DNA from: Minisyncoccota bacterium
GTDB lineage: Bacteria > Patescibacteriota > Minisyncoccia > Phycocordibacterales > UBA1550
Length of the DNA stretch: 41,524 nucleotides
Assembly: GCA_023229865.1 (NCBI GenBank)
Contig: JALNYL010000008.1
Location: forward strand, 1-41,524
Reading direction: 5' to 3'
Each line of letters opens with the position of its first letter. Positions within the stretch are counted from its first letter, which is position 1. Of this stretch, positions 10,554-17,775 are shown in pieces. A program made the translations under genes and the position numbers. The notes under the pieces were generated by a model, which saw nothing but the letters and a program-made list of their open reading frames with translations, did not search any database and was not told the origin of the DNA.

Positions 10554-11513
10554 ATGTGGGAACGTCTAGGAACAATTCTTGCAGGAATTTTAGGACTCGT
10601 GATGGCGGCCGCGCTTTCGTTTACGTATCTTGAGCAGAGCGTGGGGCCACGAGATGAGGCGCCTGTAGCAAAGCAGGCCACTACAACACAGACAGCAGAG
10701 AAGCAAGTTGCTACCAAGGTCTCAACTCCTACTAAGACAAACGGCAGCCTTGTCCCCAAAACCACATCTACTCAAAAGACAGTAGTTGCTCCTGGGCCTC
10801 TCCGCTCTACCACAAAGGCATCCCCAGCCTCACTCACGGTGTCGGGGGTTATTGCATACACAAACGCTGAGCGTGCAAACAATGGTGGGCTCTCTGCGCT
10901 CACTGAAAACGCTCTTCTTGATCGTGATGCACAGCTCAAGCTCGATGATATGTTTAATAAACAATATTTCGAACACGTTTCGCCGTCGGGGGTTGGGCCT
11001 TCTGACCTTGCAACACTCGTTGGTTATCAATATGTAATCGTGGGAGAAAATCTTGCACTCGGCGATTTTGCAGGCGACGAAGGGGTGGTGACGGCGTGGA
11101 TGAATAGTCCTGGGCACCGCGCGAATATTTTGAATACAAATTATGAAGAGATTGGCGTCGCAGTGGGGAAGGGAATGTATGAAGGTCGCGAGACGTGGCT
11201 CGCGGTGCAGTCGTTTGGCATGCCGATCTCCTCGTGTCCTGCGATCGACGCAAAGCTCAAGGCAAAGATCGAAGAGAATAATAAAACCATCGCAATTCTC
11301 CGTACACAGCTCGACGCAAAAAAAGCGCAGATTGATGCGACACCAAAATCAGACCCTGCTTACAACACCTACGTAGAAGAATTTAATATTCTCGTTCCCC
11401 AATACAACAATCTCGTGGAGACAAATCGTTTTAATGTCACGACGTACAATGGTGGTGTCCAGGCGTTTAATGCTTGCATTGCTGCGGTAGGGAGCGCTTC
11501 GCCTACGCACTAG
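10554..11513 (+). CDS. Membrane-anchored CAP/SCP (YkwD-like) domain protein
   Basis: An N-terminal TM helix and a Thr/Lys-rich linker precede a CAP domain (VVTAWMNSPGHRANILNTNYEEIGVAV). The tail looks like a coiled coil. Confidence 0.8.
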   Translation: MWERLGTILAGILGLVMAAALSFTYLEQSVGPRDEAPVAKQATTTQTAEKQVATKVSTPTKTNGSLVPKTTSTQKTVVAPGPLRSTTKASPASLTVSGVIAYTNAERANNGGLSALTENALLDRDAQLKLDDMFNKQYFEHVSPSGVGPSDLATLVGYQYVIVGENLALGDFAGDEGVVTAWMNSPGHRANILNTNYEEIGVAVGKGMYEGRETWLAVQSFGMPISSCPAIDAKLKAKIEENNKTIAILRTQLDAKKAQIDATPKSDPAYNTYVEEFNILVPQYNNLVETNRFNVTTYNGGVQAFNACIAAVGSASPTH

Positions 11514-11519
11514 GCTTTA

Positions 11520-11548
11520 TTGCTAAACACTCGCTCCTGTGGTAGTTT
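11520..11548 (+). promoter_or_regulatory. Sigma70-type promoter TTGCTA-N17-TAGTTT with TGG extension
   Basis: The -35 is at 11520-11525 and the -10 at 11543-11548, with TG at -15/-14. It lies 45 nt upstream of ATG 11593. Confidence 0.55.
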
Positions 11549-11592
11549 CTAGGGAGATTTGTCATTCACTCATGTAGAGAGGAGGTTTCAAG

Positions 11593-12255
11593 ATGAATAC
11601 CAAAGAGCATTGGCTCAAGGGAGTTTTGCTTAATTTTCAAAGTGGCGATGAAGAGAAGAATCAAGAAGCATGGATTTACATCGGCAAAATCACGGGGAAA
11701 AATGCTTCAAGTTTCACTTCTCACGCGGATGCTCTCGCGCATCTGTATGCCGGGCTTTCTAGTGATGGTGAACGCGATGAGTATCTGCGGGAGCTCAGCG
11801 AGCTTGTGCGGCATTCAAAGAAGTATAAGTTTTCTTTGACGACTATGGGTACGATCATCTTGCTTGTGGCACTCATTGAGAAGACTGAAATGTTCGCTGA
11901 CGCATTTGCTCGCAACTTTGTTTTTGCATGGCGTAATGCAGGTGAGCGTTTATTCCTTGCTGCTCAGTTTTTGTCAGTATGTGATGGGTGTGAGGAGAGT
12001 ATTGAAATCTACAAAGCAGTTTTGTATCTCGTGGATCGCAAGTGGATACCGAGAAAATACGCCATGGATGCGTGCTCAGTTCTCCTTTCTGCTCATCCTC
12101 GGGCATGGCTCCGCATATTCACAAGGATGGCTCCCGTGGTAAGTCGGTATAAAAACAAACTTATCCGTGACGGGAGTGAGTATGGGATGAAGGAGTGGGA
12201 ATCACTCGAAAAACTCTTTCTTGCTGAAATAAAAATCCATCTGGAAAAGGTATAG
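11593..12255 (+). CDS. Hypothetical protein (220 aa, probably all-helical)
   Basis: It has a strong SD (GAGAGGAGG) 7 nt before the ATG, plus its own promoter and terminator. I recognised no family. Confidence 0.6.
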   Translation: MNTKEHWLKGVLLNFQSGDEEKNQEAWIYIGKITGKNASSFTSHADALAHLYAGLSSDGERDEYLRELSELVRHSKKYKFSLTTMGTIILLVALIEKTEMFADAFARNFVFAWRNAGERLFLAAQFLSVCDGCEESIEIYKAVLYLVDRKWIPRKYAMDACSVLLSAHPRAWLRIFTRMAPVVSRYKNKLIRDGSEYGMKEWESLEKLFLAEIKIHLEKV

Positions 12256-12262
12256 GTTATTT

Positions 12263-12290
12263 AAAGGTGGCGCGATGCGCCACCTTTTTT
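12263..12290 (+). terminator. Rho-independent terminator
   Basis: Stem ggtggcgc/gcgccacc has loop gat and a T6 tract. Confidence 0.85.
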
Positions 12291-12313
12291 CTTTTGTCTT
12301 TTTGGTGATTTTC

Positions 12314-12322
12314 TGATATTAT
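12314..12322 (+). promoter_or_regulatory. Extended -10 (TGATATTAT)
   Basis: It lies 9 nt upstream of ATG 12332. Confidence 0.4.
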
Positions 12323-12331
12323 GCAACCACT

Positions 12332-12559
12332 ATGTTAAAAGAATTTTTGCTCAAACAAGTTATTAAACGCCAGCTTAAGGGGGTTCCCGAAGCCGAAGTT
12401 GCTCGTATTATTGCGCTCGTGGAAAAGAATCCTGAGCTTTTTAAGAAGATTGGCGACGAGATTCAGGCCAAGGTAAAGGCTGGCCGCTCACAGATGGCAG
12501 CCTCAATGGAGGTGATGAGAGCGCATCAATCAGAGCTCCAGAAGGTACTCCAGCAGTAG
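12332..12559 (+). CDS. Hypothetical small helical protein (75 aa)
   Basis: The ORF is intact and follows a -10 element. I recognised no family. Confidence 0.45.
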   Translation: MLKEFLLKQVIKRQLKGVPEAEVARIIALVEKNPELFKKIGDEIQAKVKAGRSQMAASMEVMRAHQSELQKVLQQ

Positions 12560-12750
12560 AACTTATGTAGTTGGCGCACTACTTCGTTGACCGGATTAGT
12601 CCCCGTCCAAGACGCGAATCAGCTGATTCGCCCTCACTGTATTCTTATACAGCTTGGTCGAAATCCTCGCGGTCGTCTCGTATTGCATCCAACCACAAAA
12701 GTTCTCGGGGGTGTTCTCGTATTTACTTTCTACTTTTAAACTTTTAACTT

Positions 12751-12756
12751 TATAAA
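12751..12756 (+). promoter_or_regulatory. -10 hexamer TATAAA abutting ychF
   Basis: Only 6 nt (cttatc) separate the hexamer from ATG 12763, which implies a leaderless or near-leaderless mRNA. Confidence 0.4.
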
Positions 12757-12762
12757 CTTATC

Positions 12763-13860
12763 ATGGCACTCGCAATCGGCATCGTAGGGCTTCCCAACGT
12801 GGGCAAGTCGACTCTTTTTAACGCACTCACCAAGAAGTCAGTTCCCGCAGAGAACTACCCGTTCTGCACCATCGACCCATCAGTGGGTGTTGTTGCGGTA
12901 CCTGATGAACGCCTCGAACTCTTGGCGAAATTTTCAAATACTAAAAAGATTGTTCCCGCAGCGGTGGAGTTTGTGGACATCGCAGGGCTTGTGAAGGGTG
13001 CGTCAGAAGGTGAGGGTCTCGGTAATCAATTCCTCTCACACATTCGTGAGACGGATGCCATCGCAGAAGTGGTGCGTATCTTTGAGGATAGTAATATCAT
13101 CCACGTGGATGGCAAGATTGACCCCGTGTCCGACATTACGACGATCAACCTCGAGCTTATTCTTGCGGACATGCAGACCGTGACCAAGCGTCTTGCAAAC
13201 ATCGAGAAAGATGTGAAGCGTGGAGACAAGGACGCGACAAAAGAAAAAGAAATACTTCTCCGCGTACAAGCGGCACTCGAAGCTGAGAAGCTTGCAAATG
13301 AACTCGATCTCAACGAGGAAGAGCAGCTCGTGATGCGCTCGATGCACCTCCTTACGATGAAGCCTATTCTCTATGTGCTTAATAAAAAAGCAGGTGGGAA
13401 AAATCTCGACGAGATGAACGATGAACGTTTTGCAAAGCTTATTGCGTACATCAAGGAGCGTGGTGCGCACTATGTGATCGTGGACGCAGGAGTGGAGCAC
13501 GAGCTCTCGCAGTTTGAAGGTGAGGAGAAGGAAATGTTCCGTGCGGAGCTCGGCTCAAAGAACGACGGTATCAATGACCTCATCAAGGGGGGTTACGATA
13601 TGCTCGGGCTTGAGACATACTTCACAACTGGTGAAGTAGAGACACGCGCATGGACAATCAAGAAGGGAAGCACGGCGCCTGTCGCAGGTATGGCGATTCA
13701 CACAGACTTCAAGGATAAGTTTATTCGCGCAGAGATAATTTTCTGGAAAGATTTGCTTGACGCAGGGAGCTTTGCAAACGCGAAGGAGAAGGGATTATTG
13801 AGGACGGAAGGGAAAGAGTATATTGTCCGCGATGGCGACGTCATCGAGTTTCGCGTTTAA
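12763..13860 (+). CDS. ychF: Redox-regulated ATPase YchF
   Basis: It has P-loop GIVGLPNVGKSTLFNALT, a central coiled-coil insert and a C-terminal TGS-like region (RAWTIKKGSTAPVAGMAIHTDF). Confidence 0.95.
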   Translation: MALAIGIVGLPNVGKSTLFNALTKKSVPAENYPFCTIDPSVGVVAVPDERLELLAKFSNTKKIVPAAVEFVDIAGLVKGASEGEGLGNQFLSHIRETDAIAEVVRIFEDSNIIHVDGKIDPVSDITTINLELILADMQTVTKRLANIEKDVKRGDKDATKEKEILLRVQAALEAEKLANELDLNEEEQLVMRSMHLLTMKPILYVLNKKAGGKNLDEMNDERFAKLIAYIKERGAHYVIVDAGVEHELSQFEGEEKEMFRAELGSKNDGINDLIKGGYDMLGLETYFTTGEVETRAWTIKKGSTAPVAGMAIHTDFKDKFIRAEIIFWKDLLDAGSFANAKEKGLLRTEGKEYIVRDGDVIEFRV

Positions 13861-14030
13861 AATTACATCATCTACGTCGTTGCAGTTTTGATTTTATCGG
13901 TCAACGTACCAGTGTACGTCTTCCTCTAAAGTCAAAACTGCGCCTTGTATCTAATGCAATTTAAAACGCGGAGAGAGATCGCTTCCTCACACCTCGCACT
14001 CGTGGCAATTTTAAACCCTAAACAAATCTA

Positions 14031-14071
14031 AAAAAAATCCCCCCGAATCGGCTGATTTGGGGGGGGTTTTT
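14031..14071. terminator. Bidirectional terminator between ychF and the DUF1003 gene
   Basis: An A8 tract is followed by stem ccccccgaatc/gatttgggggg (one G-T pair) and a T5 tract. The flanking genes converge. Confidence 0.75.
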
Positions 14072-14072
14072 G

Positions 14073-14621
14073 CTACTTCTTCTTGAGCTTGTCGATTTCT
14101 TTGAGGAGTTCTGCGAGAGTCTTTTCGAGTTTCTCGAGAGCGATGTCGTTTTTCTTTTTCTCTACCTCTTCTTCTTTTTCATCCTCTTCCTGAATCTCCT
14201 CCACGTCTTCCTGAATATCTTCAATGTCTTCCGAGATCTCCTCCACGTCTTCCTGAATGTCTTCGATGTCCTCCGAAATCTCTTCCACGTCCTCTTGAAT
14301 GTCCTCAATGTCCTCAGAAATTTCTTCAATGTCTTTTTCAACTTCTTGGAGTTGAGCCGTGTTTCTGTTGACGGTCATCTGGATGAAGATAGCGAGATAA
14401 ATTGCCTCGAGAGAAACAATCGTCGTGAGTACGAGAAGTACCGTATCAAAGCTAATACCAAAAAGGGGAAGTGAGATGACGCTCGCGAAAATAATCGTGT
14501 GTACGATGAGGGACTCAATGGATCCAATCCATTTTGTTGCGCCACGAGAAACCCTCTCAAGAGAGAGCCCATCATTCTTCTTTTGAGTTTTAGATTTTTT
14601 CTGCGCGATCATAATAGACAT
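14073..14621 (-). CDS. DUF1003-like membrane protein with an acidic repeat tail
   Basis: The two-TM core resembles DUF1003 (GSIESLIVHTIIFASV ... TTIVSLEAIYLAIFIQMTVNRN). The C-terminus carries 3 copies of ISEDIEDIQEDVEE and a coiled-coil end. Confidence 0.65.
   Translation of the reverse strand: MSIMIAQKKSKTQKKNDGLSLERVSRGATKWIGSIESLIVHTIIFASVISLPLFGISFDTVLLVLTTIVSLEAIYLAIFIQMTVNRNTAQLQEVEKDIEEISEDIEDIQEDVEEISEDIEDIQEDVEEISEDIEDIQEDVEEIQEEDEKEEEVEKKKNDIALEKLEKTLAELLKEIDKLKKK
14196..14321 (-). repeat. Three tandem 42-bp coding repeats
   Basis: The units are 14196-14237, 14238-14279 and 14280-14321. All three translate to ISEDIEDIQEDVEE, and the copies differ only at synonymous positions. Confidence 0.9.
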
Positions 14622-14638
14622 CCTAACATACCGAGAGA

Positions 14639-15901
14639 CTACTTACGAACGAATGCTTCACGAGGGGAGAGCTTTGAGGCGTTGCGTGCAGGCCAGTATC
14701 CTGCGATGAGTCCGATGCATGACGAGAGTGCGAGTGTTGCGAGGATGAGCCATGTAGGGGTGATGAAAAGCGTAAGCGCTTTGCTACCAAGATTTTGAGA
14801 AAGGGTGCTCATAATAAGGTTGATGATCGCACCGCTTCCGATACCGAGGATAATCCCTGATGCACCCCCGAGGAATCCAATGAGAAATGACTCCATCAAA
14901 AAGAGGTTGCGCACATCGCCATCAGTCGCACCAAGTGACTTCATTACACCCACTTCGTAAATACGCTCAAGGAACCCGACAATCATGGTGTTGAACATAC
15001 CAATAGCTGACACGACGAGCGCTGCGGTACCAAAGACCATAAGGACGACCGTGATAGCGTTGGTGATTTTGCGTGCTTGATTTACGAGGTCAATCTTTGC
15101 ACTGATGAGGAAGCCCTCGGTCTCAAGTTTGTCGCGGAGAGTCTCTACGAAGCCGACGTTGTGGACCTTGATCAAGAGACTCTTGAGGACTGTTGGCTCG
15201 CGCGCAACAGCAGAGTAGGGGATGAAGGCGATAGGGGGTTCGGTTTCGTCGGTGATGATACCGATGATTTTGAGTTTAGAAATGAGCACATCCTCGTTCC
15301 CTCCTGTTGAAAGAATAGGGTAAGAAACTTTACCCGTGACCTCTTCTCCGATCATTGAAACATCAGCCGTAAGCCCGAGGAGTTTGAGCGCTTGAGCAGA
15401 AAGGATCGCTCCTGGAATGGTGTCGTTAAAAGTGTCGCCGAGGTTTGGTGTTATGCCTGAAAATTTGAAATACGATGGGCGTACAACGCGAATGATAGGG
15501 ATAATGCCAGGAGCGCCACCAGCCGCAGAGAGTTCTCCTGAAAATTCAGTGACGGGGCTCACAGCATCGACTGCAGTTCGCTGTGAGATCTCATTCATCT
15601 TGTCGGGGGTGATACCCTTCCCACTTTCGCTCGGGTACGCCGCCTCAAGTGTCATAAGAGAATCTTCGCTCGTCATCAAGTTACCAATAAGGATGTACTG
15701 GAGACCATAACCGAGCGAGACGAGGAAGACTACGGTGCCGATACCGACCGACATACCAAGCACGGTGAGGAGTGTACGAGTTGGTTTTGTGCGGAAAACG
15801 CGGAGGGAGAGTTTGACGAGATCCCATGCTGAAAGACTGTGTCCTGTGTCGATGTCGAGATTCTTTGGTTCTTGTCCAGTTGTGTTGTTTGTTGTTTCCA
15901 T
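14639..15901 (-). CDS. ABC transporter permease, FtsX/MacB type
   Basis: It has an N-terminal TM helix, a roughly 230-aa extracytoplasmic domain and a C-terminal FtsX 3-TM bundle (MKSLGATDGDVRNLFLMESFLIG). Confidence 0.85.
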   Translation of the reverse strand: METTNNTTGQEPKNLDIDTGHSLSAWDLVKLSLRVFRTKPTRTLLTVLGMSVGIGTVVFLVSLGYGLQYILIGNLMTSEDSLMTLEAAYPSESGKGITPDKMNEISQRTAVDAVSPVTEFSGELSAAGGAPGIIPIIRVVRPSYFKFSGITPNLGDTFNDTIPGAILSAQALKLLGLTADVSMIGEEVTGKVSYPILSTGGNEDVLISKLKIIGIITDETEPPIAFIPYSAVAREPTVLKSLLIKVHNVGFVETLRDKLETEGFLISAKIDLVNQARKITNAITVVLMVFGTAALVVSAIGMFNTMIVGFLERIYEVGVMKSLGATDGDVRNLFLMESFLIGFLGGASGIILGIGSGAIINLIMSTLSQNLGSKALTLFITPTWLILATLALSSCIGLIAGYWPARNASKLSPREAFVRK

Positions 15902-15913
15902 TAGGTAAGTAAG

Positions 15914-17197
15914 TTATTTTTCTGCGGAAAGGATGGTTTCGAGGCGTTCTGATGCCGTGCGCGATGTGTGCGGGGCGAGTCCCACACCGTACTGTGAGCG
16001 GGGGAGCTCAAGTACTTTTTTGAAATTGTCAGGACTAATGATGTTGCGGAAACGATCTTCCACCGCTTCGTCGAAACGCACGATTTGAATATCGGAAAGC
16101 GTCCCTTGATAATCCTCGAGGAGCCATGCGCGAATCTTTGCAACTTCTTCATAGAGGGGGGTCTCGGGGAATTTCTCGAGTTCTAAATAAATATCGTGAA
16201 TATGTTTCCTTTCCTCGACGATATCTTCTGCGGTGCGCGCAATCTTTTGAGCGCGTTGTTTCCAGAGGCCAACACCGCCTTCTTTGAAAGGACTGTCGAG
16301 GAAGTCGATAAACGTTGGTGTGTCAATCTCTCCTGAAAGACGCTTTGCGAGGAAAAGTTCGAGACGAGAAATCTCTTCGCCTGAAAACCCACGCAGGAGC
16401 ATTGAGGAAAGTGCTTTTGCGGCAAGATGTTCTGGAGAGATTGCGGGATGAGACTCTTTGACGAGGTGTGCGGTGATGGGCTTTATCTCCTCGAGTTTTT
16501 GAGAATCTTCTTTTTTTGTTACCTCGCCATCTTTGAGGTGGAAAATAGTTTTTGCATCACGAAGACTCCACGCTTCGTGGGTAACCATGATAATCGTACG
16601 ACCATCTTTTTCGTTGAGCTCTTTGAGAATCTCGAGAGCTTTGTTGGCGTTTTCTGAGTCGAGGTTGCCGAGTGGCTCATCCGCGATGATGATAGGAGGG
16701 TTATTGGCAAGCGCACGCGCAATACTAACACGCTGCTGTTGTCCACCAGAAAGTTCTGCGGGGAAGCGGTCGGCATATTGCCCCATCCCGAAACGCTCGA
16801 GGAGTTTCATTGCTTCTTCTTTGCGACGCTCAGGGTTCACGCCGAGGAATGCCATCGGAAGTGCGACATTGTCGACCACCGAAAGAGAGGGGAGGAGGTT
16901 GAATTGCTGGAAAATAATTCCCACACCAACCTGACGATATACTGCGAGTTCTTTTTTTGAGAGTCCACGGAGGTCGCGTCCATTGACGATGATGTGACCT
17001 TCGTCCGCGTTTTCAGTTTCGATCCCACCGATCAAATAGGTGAGCGTTGTCTTGCCGCAGCCTGACGGCCCGAAAAACGCCACATAGCCCCCACGCTCAA
17101 TTTCAATATTGATATCTTTGAGCGCGTGCATCTCGGATGGTTTGCCGCGATTGTAGTAGAAGTTTACACCTTCGAGTTTTACGAGAGGGTTGCTCAT
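15914..17197 (-). CDS. ABC transporter ATP-binding protein (MacB/LolD-like) with a roughly 200-aa C-terminal extension
   Basis: It has Walker A GPSGCGKTT, the signature LSGGQQQRVSIARAL and Walker B IIIADEPLGNLD within the first ~225 aa. The remaining ~200 aa match no family I recognise. Confidence 0.9.
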   Translation of the reverse strand: MSNPLVKLEGVNFYYNRGKPSEMHALKDINIEIERGGYVAFFGPSGCGKTTLTYLIGGIETENADEGHIIVNGRDLRGLSKKELAVYRQVGVGIIFQQFNLLPSLSVVDNVALPMAFLGVNPERRKEEAMKLLERFGMGQYADRFPAELSGGQQQRVSIARALANNPPIIIADEPLGNLDSENANKALEILKELNEKDGRTIIMVTHEAWSLRDAKTIFHLKDGEVTKKEDSQKLEEIKPITAHLVKESHPAISPEHLAAKALSSMLLRGFSGEEISRLELFLAKRLSGEIDTPTFIDFLDSPFKEGGVGLWKQRAQKIARTAEDIVEERKHIHDIYLELEKFPETPLYEEVAKIRAWLLEDYQGTLSDIQIVRFDEAVEDRFRNIISPDNFKKVLELPRSQYGVGLAPHTSRTASERLETILSAEK

Positions 17198-17202
17198 GGT
17201 GA

Positions 17203-17631
17203 TTAGCGTTTATCGAACGAATGCACGATGCGGATGAGGTCTGCGGGGATGTTGTCGTCCTTTTTGAGATACATTTCTGCGCCGAGCGCGCTCGCCTTTT
17301 CGCGGTACTCCTCTTCGTTAAAATTTGAAAAGACAACGACGTGGATTCCAGCCGTTTTTGGGTTTGTCTTGATGTGTTCAATAAGAGAAAATCCAGCCTC
17401 TGCACTCGTCTCTGTTTTTCCGCCATTTTCGAATGGCATTACAAGTCCTGTAAAAACAACATCGGGGCACGTGATTGGATTGTCTATGACCCCCATTGCT
17501 TCTGCGACGCTTTTTACGGCAAAAAAACTACATTCATCATCGAGCCCATGAAGCCAGAAAATATCAGAAAACATTAAGCGAGTAAATTCGTTGTCGTCCA
17601 CAAGGAGAATTTTCTTTTTTGTGTAGTCCAT
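17203..17631 (-). CDS. Stand-alone receiver (CheY-like) domain protein, apparently lacking the phospho-acceptor Asp
   Basis: The KKILLVDDNEFTR acidic pocket, VVVFSNF and YLKK are present. The beta3 end reads PDVVFTGLVMP where PDLxLLDxxMP is expected. Confidence 0.75.
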   Translation of the reverse strand: MDYTKKKILLVDDNEFTRLMFSDIFWLHGLDDECSFFAVKSVAEAMGVIDNPITCPDVVFTGLVMPFENGGKTETSAEAGFSLIEHIKTNPKTAGIHVVVFSNFNEEEYREKASALGAEMYLKKDDNIPADLIRIVHSFDKR

Positions 17632-17642
17632 AATATACAGTC

Positions 17643-17671
17643 ATTGTATCAAGGTCCCCCCATTGTCGCAA
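17643..17671 (-). promoter_or_regulatory. Sigma70-type promoter TTGCGA-N17-TACAAT (TGA extension) for the minus-strand operon
   Basis: On the minus strand it reads ttgcgacaatggggggaccttgatacaat. The -10 ends 11 nt before ATG 17631. Confidence 0.6.
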
Positions 17672-17709
17672 TACAACGTCCTGATAATTGGTAGATATGC
17701 ACAGGTATT

Positions 17710-17741
17710 TTGACACTTTTTTCTCTTATTAGTGGTACAAT
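17710..17741 (+). promoter_or_regulatory. Promoter with extended -10 TGGTACAAT (TTGACA 20 nt upstream)
   Basis: TTGACA is at 17710-17715 and TGGTACAAT at 17733-17741. An SD-less leader of about 35 nt runs to ATG 17776. Confidence 0.55.
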
Positions 17742-17775
17742 AAGTAGTAATTAATCTTAATAGTAAATAAATAGT

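Noticed and set aside
12652-12680. ggtcgaaatcc resembles a tRNA T-loop (GGTTCGAATCC).
   Set aside because: The flanking bases cannot form the 5-bp T stem, and no acceptor or anticodon arms can be drawn. The same negative result holds for ccttcgaattg at 40955-40965.
12586-13906. A 9-nt inverted match, cgttgaccg / cggtcaacg, flanks ychF and might mark a mobile unit.
   Set aside because: Similarity does not extend beyond 9-10 nt. Matches of this length are expected many times by chance in 41 kb.
14196-14321. The regular 42-bp repeats might be a CRISPR-like array.
   Set aside because: The units are directly adjacent with no spacers, lie in frame inside a CDS and encode an identical peptide. They are a coding tandem repeat.
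14070-14474. A 134-aa plus-strand ORF is rich in Leu/Phe repeats.
   Set aside because: It is the antisense reading of the acidic 42-bp repeat region of the DUF1003 gene, so it is a low-complexity shadow ORF.
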